Positions 39,263 through 48,400 of a stretch of DNA of 64,000 nucleotides are shown here, one piece after another. The position numbers and the translations under genes were made by a program. Every line of letters begins with the position of its first letter. The first letter of the stretch is position 1. The DNA is from Pseudogulbenkiania sp. (GTDB taxonomy: Bacteria > Pseudomonadota > Gammaproteobacteria > Burkholderiales > Chromobacteriaceae), in NCBI GenBank assembly GCA_018260425.1, contig JAGLBD010000014.1, forward strand, positions 529 to 64,528. Reading direction: 5' to 3'. Below the pieces are notes generated by a model that worked only from the letters and a program-made list of their open reading frames with translations, did not search any database and had not been told where the DNA came from.

Positions 39263-39438
39263 TGATGGACTATCCTGACGTGATGCCGGGCAAAAGAGGA
39301 GAGTTTAACAAAATACCGTGAAAGATTGGCCGCCTGACGCTACGCGTGTTAGGATGGGGGCTGTATTTTTCTTGCAAAACGCGATGTTAACGCTTAAAAT
39401 CGCGAGTTTTACGATTCCGCTCATCAGGAGATAGTTTC

Positions 39439-39702
39439 ATGGCAAATAGCGCACAAGCTCGCAAGCGTGCACGCCAGGCTCTCAAGCTGCGCGCGCACAA
39501 CGCCAGCCTGCGTACTGCGTTCCGCACCGCAGTGAAGAAAGTACTGAAGTCGATTGAAGCCGGTGACAAGGCCGCTGCCAAGGTAGTATTCCAGGCTTCC
39601 GTACCGGTACTGGACCGCATCGCTGACAAGGGCGTGTTCCACAAGAACAAGGCCGCTCGTCACAAGAGCCGTCTGTCCGCCCAGATCAAGGCCATGGCCT
39701 GA
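39439..39702 (+). CDS. rpsT: 30S ribosomal protein S20
   Basis: 87 aa [25 protein letters not shown]...[12 protein letters not shown]. Divergent from murJ as in many proteobacteria. Confidence 0.95.
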   Translation: MANSAQARKRARQALKLRAHNASLRTAFRTAVKKVLKSIEAGDKAAAKVVFQASVPVLDRIADKGVFHKNKAARHKSRLSAQIKAMA

Positions 39703-39729
39703 TTACGGCTTAAAGGACATACACACATA

Positions 39730-39780
39730 AGGCTCCGTTTATCGGGGCTTTTGTGTTTTAGGGGAGGCCTCGGCCTCCCC
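39730..39780. terminator. Two adjacent hairpins between convergent rpsT and ackA
   Basis: GCTCCG-TTTAT-CGGGGC followed by a T-rich tract (rpsT terminator), then the near-perfect hairpin GGGGAGGCC-TC-GGCCTCCCC. Confidence 0.7.
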
Positions 39781-39795
39781 TAGTTCTTTTCCGGC

Positions 39796-40959
39796 TTAGC
39801 GTTCGCTGAGCAACTGGCCCGCTTCGCGTGCCATTTCCCCTTCTTCATCGGTCGGCAGCATATAGGCATGGCGCTGGCTCGGCACCGTCGTCAGGCGGCG
39901 TGCCTGCGACAGATTGGCATGATGGTCGAGCTCGAAACCCAGCCAGGGCAGTTGCTTGAGCACCCGTGCACGGATTTCCGGCGAGCGTTCGCCAATCCCG
40001 GCGGTGAAGATCAGTGCATCGATGCCGCGCATGGCGGCGGTCAGCGAACCGATTTCCCGTACGGTGCGATACACGAACAGTTCGACGGCTTCCCGGGCGG
40101 GTTGGGTCGGGTTGTCCAGTAATTCGCGCATATCGGCGGACAGTCCCCCCGAGACACCGAGCAAACCGGAGTTTTTGTAGAGTTCGCGGCGGACTTCGCC
40201 AATCCCCATCCCCTCGTGCTCCATCCAGTACAACACCACCTCCGGATCGATGGAGCCGGGGCGCGTCGACATCATCAATCCTTCAACCGCAGAAAATCCC
40301 ATGCTGGACGCGACGCTTTTGCCGTTGGCAATCGCGCAGGCACTGGCGCCGCTGCCAAGATGGCAGACCACCACCTTGCTCTCCGCCAGGCCCATGTCGG
40401 CCAGACGGCGGGTGATCGAGGCATAGGACAAACCATGGAAACCGTAGCGGCGGATGCCTTCGTCGTGCCAGTGACGGGCAATGCCGAAGCGGGTGGCCAC
40501 TTCCGCTTGGGTGGTATGAAACGCGGTATCGAAACAGGCTATCTGGGTGAGGCGATCATCCAGCCGGGTAAAGGCATCAATGACGGCCAGGCTGACCGGT
40601 TGATGCAATGGCGCCAGCGCGACATAACTCTCCAGAATGGCGCGGACCTCGGGGGTGATGATCTCTGGCTGGCTATAGCGATTGCCGCCATGAACCACCC
40701 GGTGCACCACAGCGCACAATTGCAGGTCCTGGTCGGCCAGCGCATTGATCATGGCGGCAACGGCCGCCTCCTTGCCGGACTCCTCCAGTACCCGGTTTTG
40801 CAGCCGGGCGCCTTTGGGATCGGACAACAGCAGGGTGCTGCCCGCTTCGCCGAAATGATCGATGATGCCCCGGATCAGCAAGTGTTGCCCGTCCGGGGTG
40901 TAGGCACGGAATTTGAGAGTTGCAGAGCCGGCATTGACCGCCAGCAGAGATCGGGTCAT
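39796..40959 (-). CDS. ackA: Acetate (propionate) kinase
   Basis: 387 aa. LAVNAGSATLKF N-terminal ATP motif, ...RRYGFHGLSY..., ...VVCHLGSGAS... Its ATG overlaps the upstream gene's stop (ATGA). Confidence 0.88.
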   Translation of the reverse strand: MTRSLLAVNAGSATLKFRAYTPDGQHLLIRGIIDHFGEAGSTLLLSDPKGARLQNRVLEESGKEAAVAAMINALADQDLQLCAVVHRVVHGGNRYSQPEIITPEVRAILESYVALAPLHQPVSLAVIDAFTRLDDRLTQIACFDTAFHTTQAEVATRFGIARHWHDEGIRRYGFHGLSYASITRRLADMGLAESKVVVCHLGSGASACAIANGKSVASSMGFSAVEGLMMSTRPGSIDPEVVLYWMEHEGMGIGEVRRELYKNSGLLGVSGGLSADMRELLDNPTQPAREAVELFVYRTVREIGSLTAAMRGIDALIFTAGIGERSPEIRARVLKQLPWLGFELDHHANLSQARRLTTVPSQRHAYMLPTDEEGEMAREAGQLLSER

Positions 40960-41891
40960 ACGCGTGTTCCGAAAGTGCGGCGGCGATGGGCAAGCAGATT
41001 GGCCACGGCCGCTGAGGCCAGACGTCCGGTTGCATCATCGGCGCGGCTGGTCAGTACGATCGGGGCTCGTGCGCCCATGACGATACCGGCCGAGGCCGCG
41101 GCCGCGAGGTAGGTCAATTGTTTGGCCAGCATATTGCCAGCCTCCAGATCAGGCACCAACAGAATATCGGGATTGCCGGCAACCGGGGAGATAATTCCCT
41201 TGGTATCGGCTGCTTCGCTGGATATGGCGTTGTCAAAAGCCAACGGACCGTCGAGTATCGCGCCCTTGATCTGGCCCCGGTCGGCCATTTTGCACAGCGC
41301 GGCGGCATCCAGCGTCGAGACGATGGTCGGGGTAATGGTCTCCACTGCCGACAGAATGGCGACTTTGGGAGTCTGGATGTCCAGCGCCTGGCAAAGATCG
41401 ATGGCGTTCTGGCAGATATCGCGTTTGGCCATCAGGTCCGGCTCGATATTGATCGCCGCATCGGTGATGAACAGGTAGCGGGGATAACTTTCCACCTTCA
41501 TGATGAAAACATGGCTGATGCGCCGGTCGGTGCGAATGCCGGTACCCCGTGCGAGTACTTCGGACATCAGCTCGTCGGTGTGCAGGCTACCTTTCATGAG
41601 AATGTCGGCATGGCCTTCACGAACCAGCGCCACGGCCTTTTCTGCCGCGGCATGGCTGTGCGGGACATCAATGACGTTAAAGCGCGACAGGTCGACATCC
41701 AGTTCCCGTGCCGCCGCGCTCAACTTGCTCTTCGGCGCAATCAGGATCGGGGTGGCGATGCCATGCTCGCTGGCTTCGATGGCGCCCAGCAGCGATTCAC
41801 GACTGCAGGGGTGTGCAACGGCCATCGGCAAGGGGCCAAGGGTCGTGGCTTGTTCGAGAATATCGGAAAATGCGTGTTCGTCACGGATCAT
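40956..41891 (-). CDS. pta: Phosphate acetyl/butyryl-transferase (PTA_PTB family)
   Basis: 311 aa that reads as PTA_PTB-like (AAINIEP..., GNPDILLVPDLEAGNMLAK). Coupled to ackA. Confidence 0.75.
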   Translation of the reverse strand: MIRDEHAFSDILEQATTLGPLPMAVAHPCSRESLLGAIEASEHGIATPILIAPKSKLSAAARELDVDLSRFNVIDVPHSHAAAEKAVALVREGHADILMKGSLHTDELMSEVLARGTGIRTDRRISHVFIMKVESYPRYLFITDAAINIEPDLMAKRDICQNAIDLCQALDIQTPKVAILSAVETITPTIVSTLDAAALCKMADRGQIKGAILDGPLAFDNAISSEAADTKGIISPVAGNPDILLVPDLEAGNMLAKQLTYLAAAASAGIVMGARAPIVLTSRADDATGRLASAAVANLLAHRRRTFGTRV

Positions 41892-41901
41892 GTTCAGTTC
41901 C

Positions 41902-42678
41902 TCATGCCATGATGTTGAAGCCGGCGTCGACGTACAAGGTCTCGCCAGTCAGGGCCCGTGCGGCATCGGAGATCAGGAAGGCGGTGGTCATGCCTACGTC
42001 TTCGATGTCGACCAGACGGTTTTGCGGTGCGCGCTCGATGGCCTGATCAATCAGGGCATCAAAGTGGGCAATGCCTGATGCGGCGCGGGTCTTGAGCGGG
42101 CCGGGGGAGACGGCGTGTACGCGAATACCTTTGCCGCCGAGGTCATGGGCGAGGTAACGGGTCACGCTCTGCAGGGCGGCTTTGACCGGCCCCATGATGT
42201 TGTAGTTTTCAACCACTTTGTCGGCGCCGTGGTAGCTCATGGTGATCAAGGCTCCGCCGTCTTTCATCAACGGTTCGGCATGACGTGCCATTTCGATGAA
42301 GGAGTAGCACGACACGCGCATTGCCTGCAGGAAACCGTGTTCCGAGCAATCGGTCACGCGGCCGTGCAGGTCATCCATCGGGCAGAAGGCGATGGAGTGA
42401 ATGACAAAATCCAGCTTGCCCCACTGCGCTTCAATGGCCTTGAACACCGCATCGATTTCACCGGGTTGCTCGACATCGAGCGGCAGGATCAACGGCGAAT
42501 CGAGTCCCTCGGCCAAGGGGCGAACGTACTTCTCGGCCTTCTCGTTGAGGTAGGTAATGGCCAGTTCGGCACCTTGCTCACGCAGCACCCGCGCGCAGCC
42601 ATAGGCAATACTGTTTTCATTGGCAATGCCAACGATGAGACCTTTTTTTCCTGCGACGCTGTTGCAAAGTGCTTTCAT
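41902..42678 (-). CDS. fabI: Enoyl-[acyl-carrier-protein] reductase (NADH), FabI family
   Basis: 258 aa. GKKGLIVGIANENSIAYG nucleotide-binding motif, Y-x6-K (YNIMGPVKAAL), SPGPLKTRAASGI. Confidence 0.85.
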   Translation of the reverse strand: MKALCNSVAGKKGLIVGIANENSIAYGCARVLREQGAELAITYLNEKAEKYVRPLAEGLDSPLILPLDVEQPGEIDAVFKAIEAQWGKLDFVIHSIAFCPMDDLHGRVTDCSEHGFLQAMRVSCYSFIEMARHAEPLMKDGGALITMSYHGADKVVENYNIMGPVKAALQSVTRYLAHDLGGKGIRVHAVSPGPLKTRAASGIAHFDALIDQAIERAPQNRLVDIEDVGMTTAFLISDAARALTGETLYVDAGFNIMA

Positions 42679-42937
42679 GGTGTGGCATCCCTTGCTGGAA
42701 AGTGAATGAATTACACTTTACATGGTAGTAATTCGATGTTGCAGTGCAATGAAAAACAATGAAGTTTCGATTCTCGAGCCACAGTCGGATATAATGGAAA
42801 CTTTGCAGCCGGTGCTTGATGCCGGGCGGGTTTGCCCCCATCTAGCTTACGGTCAATGCCGCGTATCCCGCACTGCGGGATTACGGCAGGATATGCGTAG
42901 ACTATGCCAATGTCAAAAATGACGGGAGATAATGACG

Positions 42938-43186
42938 ATGCCTATCTATGAATACCGCTGCGACGGGTGTGGCGTTCAGAAGGAACACCTGCAAAAAATC
43001 AGCGATGCGCCCGTTGCTGTATGCCCGGAGTGTGGCAGTGGCGACTATCGCAAGCTGGTATCGGCTGCCGGCTTCCAGCTGAAAGGCGCCGGTTGGTATG
43101 CCACCGACTTCAAGGGTGGCAATAATTCGGCCCCGGCTGCGTCTGGGCATAGCTGTGGCACCGGAGGCTGCGGAAGCTGCAACTGA
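42938..43186 (+). CDS. FmdB-family zinc-ribbon protein
   Basis: MPIYEYRCDGCG...CPECGS signature. ORF 42932-43186 has two in-frame ATGs. Confidence 0.85.
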   Translation: MPIYEYRCDGCGVQKEHLQKISDAPVAVCPECGSGDYRKLVSAAGFQLKGAGWYATDFKGGNNSAPAASGHSCGTGGCGSCN

Positions 43187-43187
43187 C

Positions 43188-43811
43188 ATGAAAAAAGTCA
43201 AAATGACCCTCAAGGGCTATCTGGTGACCGGCTTGCTGATCTGGGTGCCGGTGGCCGTGACCTTGTGGGTGCTGCACCTGATCGTTGGTACGCTTGACCA
43301 GACCCTGAACCTGTTGCCACGGGAATGGCGACCGGATCAGGTACTGGGATTCGGAATTCCGGGGCTCGGTGTGGTGTTGTCTCTGGCGATTCTGCTGGTG
43401 ACCGGCATGTTGACGGCCAATGTGCTGGGGCAGCGCCTGTTGCGTTTCTGGGAAGGCTTGTTGTCGCGCACCCCGGTGGTCAAGTCCATCTACAGCAGCG
43501 TCAAGCAAGTCAGCGATACCTTGCTGTCTGACTCGGGTCAGGCATTCCGCCGTGCCCTGCTGGTGCAGTTCCCTCATCAAGGGGCCTGGACCGTGGCATT
43601 CCAGACCGGCAAACCCAATGCCGGGGTTACCGACCTGATCGGTGGCGGCGACTATGTCAGCGTCTATGTGCCGACCACGCCGAACCCGACCTCGGGCTAT
43701 TTTGTCATGGTGCCGGTTGCGGATACGCGAGAGCTGGACATGAGTGTCGACGAAGCACTCAAGTATGTGATTTCCATGGGCGTCGTGGCGCCCGGTGAGA
43801 AAGCACGTTAA
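43188..43811 (+). CDS. DUF502-family membrane protein
   Basis: ORF 43098-43811. Start MKKVKMTLKGYLVTGLLIWVPVAVTLWVL lies 1 nt after the fmdB stop. P.TPNPTSGY motif is typical of DUF502. Confidence 0.75.
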   Translation: MKKVKMTLKGYLVTGLLIWVPVAVTLWVLHLIVGTLDQTLNLLPREWRPDQVLGFGIPGLGVVLSLAILLVTGMLTANVLGQRLLRFWEGLLSRTPVVKSIYSSVKQVSDTLLSDSGQAFRRALLVQFPHQGAWTVAFQTGKPNAGVTDLIGGGDYVSVYVPTTPNPTSGYFVMVPVADTRELDMSVDEALKYVISMGVVAPGEKAR

Positions 43812-43848
43812 GCTATACACAATTTTTTGAATTTGATTGCAGAACAAC

Positions 43849-45639
43849 ATGCGAACTGATTACTGCGGACTGATTGACAAGAAATATCTGGGCCAGAGTG
43901 TGACGGTAAAGGGCTGGGCCCACCGTCGTCGCGACCATGGCGGCGTGATCTTCATCGACTTGCGCGACCGCGAAGGTCTGGTGCAGGTGGTGATTGATCC
44001 GGATACCCCGGAAGCGTTCCAAACGGCCGATGCCAGTCGCAGCGAATTTGTGCTGTCGATTACCGGTATCGTGCGCGAGCGTCCGGCAGGCACCGCCAAC
44101 AGCAACCTGGTCTCCGGCGAAATCGAGATTCTCGCCAAGGAAATCGAGGTACTGAATACGGCCGCTACCCCGCCGTTCCAGATCGATGATGAAAATCTTT
44201 CCGAGAACGTCCGTCTGACCAACCGCGTCATGGACCTGCGTCGCCCGCAGATGCAAAAAAACCTGCGCCTGCGTTACCGCGTGGCCATGGGCGTGCGCCA
44301 GTACCTGGACCGTCAGGGCTTCATCGACATCGAAACACCGATGCTGACCCGTTCGACTCCGGAAGGTGCACGTGACTATCTGGTTCCCTCGCGCGTTCAC
44401 CCGGGCGAGTTCTTCGCCTTGCCGCAATCCCCGCAGCTGTTCAAACAGCTGTTGATGGTGGCCGGCTTCGACCGCTACTACCAGATCACCAAGTGCTTCC
44501 GCGACGAAGACCTGCGCGCTGACCGTCAGCCGGAATTCACCCAGATCGATATCGAGACCTCCTTCCTCTCCGAGGACGAGATCATGGATATCACCGAATC
44601 GATGACCCGCGATATCTTCCGCGATGTCATGGGTGTCGAATTGGGCGAGTTCCCGCGTATGACCTATCAGGATGCCATGTTCTACTATGGTTCCGATAAG
44701 CCGGACATGCGTATCCCCTTGCAGTTCACCGAACTGACCGACCTGATGAAGGGCGAAGAGTTCAAGGTGTTCCGTGGTGCGGCAGACATGGCCAACGGCC
44801 GCGTGGCAGCCCTGCGTATCCCGGGCGGCTCGACGCTGACCCGCAAGGAAATCGAAGAGTACACCCAGTTTGTCGCCATTTACGGCGCCAAGGGTCTGGC
44901 CTACATCAAGGTCAACGATGCGACTCGTCCGACCAATGGCGAAGACAGCGGTCTGCAATCCCCGATCGTCAAGTTCCTGTCGAACGACGGTCTGAAGGAA
45001 ATCATCGCCCGCACCGGCGCGGTCGACGGCGACCTGATCTTCTTTGGTGCCGACAAGGCCAAGGTGGTGAACGAAGCGCTGGGTGCCCTGCGCATCAAGA
45101 TCGGTCACGAGAAGGGTTTTGCGGTCAAGGAATGGAAACCGCTGTGGGTGGTTGACTTCCCGATGTTCGAACACGATGAAGAGGCGGATCGCTGGACCGC
45201 GTGCCATCACCCCTTCACGGCGCCGAAACTGGGCCACGAAGACATGCTGGAGTCCAATCCGGGTGCCTGCATCGCACGTGCCTACGACATGGTGTTGAAT
45301 GGTTGGGAAATCGGTGGCGGTTCCATCCGTATCCACCGTTCCGACATGCAGGAAAAAGTGTTTGCCGCGCTGAAGATCACCCCGGAAGAGCAGCAGAACA
45401 AGTTCGGCTTCCTGCTGGACAACCTGAAGTTCGGTGCGCCGCCGCATGGTGGCCTGGCCTTCGGTCTGGACCGTCTGGTTACCTTGATGGCGGGTGCCGA
45501 GTCGATCCGCGACGTGATCGCCTTCCCGAAGACCCAGCGTGCCCAGTGTCTGCTGACCAACGCCCCGAATGCCGTGGACGACAAGCAGCTGCGCGAACTG
45601 AATCTCCGCCTGCGTCAGAAAGCCGAACCGGCCGCCTGA
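43849..45639 (+). CDS. aspS: Aspartate-tRNA ligase
   Basis: Starts MRTDYCG like E. coli AspS. Class II motifs ([32 protein letters not shown]). Confidence 0.95.
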   Translation: MRTDYCGLIDKKYLGQSVTVKGWAHRRRDHGGVIFIDLRDREGLVQVVIDPDTPEAFQTADASRSEFVLSITGIVRERPAGTANSNLVSGEIEILAKEIEVLNTAATPPFQIDDENLSENVRLTNRVMDLRRPQMQKNLRLRYRVAMGVRQYLDRQGFIDIETPMLTRSTPEGARDYLVPSRVHPGEFFALPQSPQLFKQLLMVAGFDRYYQITKCFRDEDLRADRQPEFTQIDIETSFLSEDEIMDITESMTRDIFRDVMGVELGEFPRMTYQDAMFYYGSDKPDMRIPLQFTELTDLMKGEEFKVFRGAADMANGRVAALRIPGGSTLTRKEIEEYTQFVAIYGAKGLAYIKVNDATRPTNGEDSGLQSPIVKFLSNDGLKEIIARTGAVDGDLIFFGADKAKVVNEALGALRIKIGHEKGFAVKEWKPLWVVDFPMFEHDEEADRWTACHHPFTAPKLGHEDMLESNPGACIARAYDMVLNGWEIGGGSIRIHRSDMQEKVFAALKITPEEQQNKFGFLLDNLKFGAPPHGGLAFGLDRLVTLMAGAESIRDVIAFPKTQRAQCLLTNAPNAVDDKQLRELNLRLRQKAEPAA

Positions 45640-45661
45640 TCCATGACGGAGTCGCTTCACG

Positions 45662-45690
45662 AAAACCCCGTCCCCTGGACGGGGTTTTTT
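45662..45690 (+). terminator. Rho-independent terminator after aspS
   Basis: AAAACCCCGTCC-loop-GGACGGGGTTTTTT. Confidence 0.8.
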
Positions 45691-45931
45691 GCTTGAGGCC
45701 GTCAAGACAGTTGTTGGCCACCTTGAATAATTTCGTTTGATCCCCATATAGTCAAGGTTACCGGCGCACGGCTGGTGCGGCGCATGACCTGTCCGATTGA
45801 GTGTGGCAATGGTTCCGATATGGATTTTCAATTGGCCTCGATCGCCTCGCGGACTCACAATCGCGCATTGGAAACGGCCGGTCCGCAGCCTGGACCGTGT
45901 CCGCTGAAACGTATCCTGAAAGGAGAACCCC

Positions 45932-46549
45932 ATGGCTGTACTCGTAGGCAAACAGGCCCCGTTCTTTGGCAGCGAAGACAAGAAATTCGCCGCTGTGCTG
46001 GGCAATGGTCAGATCGTGGACAACTTCAGCTTCAAAGAAGCAACCGAAGGCAAATACGCTATCGTGTTCTTCTACCCGCTGGACTTCACCTTCGTGTGCC
46101 CGTCCGAGCTGATCGCCTTCGATCATCGTCTGGATGAGTTCAAGAAGCGCAATGTTGAAGTAATCGGTATCTCCATCGACAGCGAATTCAGTCACAATGC
46201 GTGGCGCAACACCCCGGTAAACAAGGGTGGTATCGGTGAAGTCGGCTACACGCTGGTCGGCGACGTGAAGCACGAACTGGTTCAGGCATTCGATGTTGAA
46301 GAAGCCAGCGGCGTGGCCTATCGCGGCACCTTCCTGATCGACAAATCCGGCGTGGTTCGCCATCAGGTCGTCAACGATTTGCCGTTGGGCCGCAATATCG
46401 ACGAAGCCATCCGCATGGTCGATGCCCTGCAATTCTTCGAAGAGCACGGCGAAGTGTGCCCGGCTGGCTGGAACAAGGGCAAGAAAGGCATGAAAGCCGA
46501 CGCTGAGGGCGTGGCTTCCTATCTGGCCGAGAACGCCAAAGACCTGTAA
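45932..46549 (+). CDS. Typical 2-Cys peroxiredoxin (AhpC/Prx1 family)
   Basis: 205 aa with FFYPLDFTFVCPSE (peroxidatic Cys) and EVCPAGW (resolving Cys). No ahpF nearby. Confidence 0.9.
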   Translation: MAVLVGKQAPFFGSEDKKFAAVLGNGQIVDNFSFKEATEGKYAIVFFYPLDFTFVCPSELIAFDHRLDEFKKRNVEVIGISIDSEFSHNAWRNTPVNKGGIGEVGYTLVGDVKHELVQAFDVEEASGVAYRGTFLIDKSGVVRHQVVNDLPLGRNIDEAIRMVDALQFFEEHGEVCPAGWNKGKKGMKADAEGVASYLAENAKDL

Positions 46550-46574
46550 TTCCCCGCAGGTTTGATGTGTTCCC

Positions 46575-46598
46575 AACGCCCCCTGACGGGGGCGTTTT
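46575..46598 (+). terminator. Rho-independent terminator after the peroxiredoxin gene
   Basis: AACGCCCCC-TGAC-GGGGGCGTT followed by TT. Confidence 0.75.
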
Positions 46599-46785
46599 CA
46601 TGTGTGCTGCTCCCTGTTACGCCATGATCGTCGCCCCATCCTCATCAGAAAACCACAGCCGCTCATTCATCCTGTTCATCCCGTCTGATTGCACTTGACC
46701 CCCGCGTGGAGCAAGGTGCAATATGCCTATAAAATAATTGTTATGTCATTGTTTGGGTGGGTGAATCGCACAAGGGAGCCTGACC

Positions 46786-47052
46786 ATGAACGAGATGCTG
46801 ATACTGCTGGTGGTGGTGCTGAGCGGACTGGTATTGGTGCTGTTTGCTCGTCTGGCCGCCATGCATCACGAGATGAGCGAGCTTGCCCGAATGATCGCTT
46901 TCCTTGATCAGGAACAGCGAGAGGAAACAGTGGCCTTGATGCTGCGTCTGCGTCCGGCCAGAAGGCGTGCCAGTGCTCCCAAGGTGCTAATCCCTGCCGA
47001 GACACCGCTCTGTGTGACCGAACTCGATGCAGAGCCGGCTGTGGCCGCCTGA
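46786..47052 (+). CDS. Hypothetical small membrane-anchored protein
   Basis: 88 aa. AGGGAG SD. N-terminal TM (LILLVVVLSGLVLVLFARLAA), then a charged tail. Bracketed by hairpins. No recognisable family. Confidence 0.45.
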   Translation: MNEMLILLVVVLSGLVLVLFARLAAMHHEMSELARMIAFLDQEQREETVALMLRLRPARRRASAPKVLIPAETPLCVTELDAEPAVAA

Positions 47053-47112
47053 AGCGAGCCAAAGCCGAGTGCTGGTTTGAAGCCCCCCGATGGGGGCTTT
47101 GTCACGTCTGCC

Positions 47113-47742
47113 CTAGCCGAGATTGATCTCGGTGGCGGCCGCCTGTGCCCATTCCTGCATGGCCGGCAAGGCCAGCATATGATCCACCCAGGCGCGGGAG
47201 GCTGGAGGCAGGTCGACATCGTAGCTCTGGAAGCGAAACACGACCGGTGCAAAAAAGGCATCGGCAAGGGTGAAATGGCCAAACAGGAATGGCCCGGACA
47301 GGTGGTAGCGGGTACGCTGTTCTTCCCACAGATGCACGATGCGGGCTATGTCGGCATCCAGCGTCGCCGATTGGGCCTCTTTGCGCCTGCCGTGAACATC
47401 CAGCGGCATTTGCGTGCGCAGGTGGCTAAAGCCGGAGTGCATTTCCGCCACCATCGAGCGGGCGATGGCTCGTGCGGCGGGGTCGGATGGCCATAGATGC
47501 GATCCCGGAAAACATTCCGCCAGGTATTCGCAGATCGCCAGCGAGTCCCAGACGGTCAGTTGCTTGTCCTGCAGCACCGGAACCTTGCCGGCCGGGGTGA
47601 TAGACGAGAGGATGGCCTGAATATCCGGCGAGGCGAGATCCACCACGACTTCTTCGAACGGTTCGTTGATCATCTTGAGCACCAGCCAGGGGCGCAACGA
47701 CCAGGAAGAGGTATTTTTGTTACCAATTATCAGACGGAACAT
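47113..47742 (-). CDS. Glutathione S-transferase family protein
   Basis: ORF 47113-47802. Likely start is MFRLIIGNKNTSSWSLRPW. KVPVLQD...WDSLAICEYL is a typical GST N-terminal domain. Confidence 0.8.
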   Translation of the reverse strand: MFRLIIGNKNTSSWSLRPWLVLKMINEPFEEVVVDLASPDIQAILSSITPAGKVPVLQDKQLTVWDSLAICEYLAECFPGSHLWPSDPAARAIARSMVAEMHSGFSHLRTQMPLDVHGRRKEAQSATLDADIARIVHLWEEQRTRYHLSGPFLFGHFTLADAFFAPVVFRFQSYDVDLPPASRAWVDHMLALPAMQEWAQAAATEINLG

Positions 47743-47840
47743 GGTGTCACTCTTCTCTCGGGAACATAAACCTATTAGACGGCTTTGGTCGGCAACATGC
47801 AAGATTCCATGAAAAACGCCTCCGTGGAGGAGGCGTGCTA

Positions 47841-48035
47841 TCAGGCAACTTCGTCGATCCAGGCTTGCTGGATGGCTTCGAGAATTTTCTCGCCGCCGCG
47901 ACTGTGATCATCATCGAAGCCCGGCAGGGCGATGACCCAGTTGTGCAGGTCGGTGAAGCGAATGCGGGTTGGATCAATGTCCGGATGGGCTTCCGAGAGT
48001 TCGATCGCCAGATCGTTGATGTCGGTCCATTTCAT
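47841..48035 (-). CDS. iscX: Fe-S assembly protein IscX
   Basis: 64 aa MKWTDINDLAIELSEAHPDIDP..., last gene of the isc cluster. Confidence 0.9.
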   Translation of the reverse strand: MKWTDINDLAIELSEAHPDIDPTRIRFTDLHNWVIALPGFDDDHSRGGEKILEAIQQAWIDEVA

Positions 48036-48049
48036 CGCCAGACTCCTTT

Positions 48050-48391
48050 TCAGTGATGTTCACGGGCGTGATTGATGGTGTAGCGCGGAATCTCGACCAC
48101 CAGATCTTTGTCGGCGACCAGCGCCTGGCAAGACAGTCGCGAGCAGGCTTCCAGCCCCCACGCCTTGTCGAGCATGTCTTCTTCCAGCTCGTCGGCCTCT
48201 TCCAGCGAGGCAAACCCTTCGCGGATCACCACATGGCAGGTGGTGCAGGCACAGGACATTTCACAGGCATGTTCGATTTCGATATCGTGATCGAGCAGGG
48301 CTTCACAGACACTGATGCCGGTCTCGGCATCTTCAATGACCAGGCCGTCCGGGCAAAGATCGGCATGGGGCAGGACAGTGATGCGTGGCAT
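48050..48391 (-). CDS. fdx: ISC-system [2Fe-2S] ferredoxin
   Basis: 113 aa, near-colinear with E. coli Fdx (IEHACE.SCACTTCH, DMLDKAWGLE, VVEIPRYTINHAREH). Confidence 0.95.
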   Translation of the reverse strand: MPRITVLPHADLCPDGLVIEDAETGISVCEALLDHDIEIEHACEMSCACTTCHVVIREGFASLEEADELEEDMLDKAWGLEACSRLSCQALVADKDLVVEIPRYTINHAREHH

Positions 48392-48400
48392 CGGGTTACC

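Noticed and set aside
42690-42931. Small inverted repeats in the fabI / fmdB divergent region (AAGTG-N9-CACTT near 42700; ATCCCGC-ACT-GCGGGAT near 42865).
   Set aside because: The arms are short and there is no recognisable consensus or supporting context. They are likely ordinary promoter-region structure and not worth a separate call.
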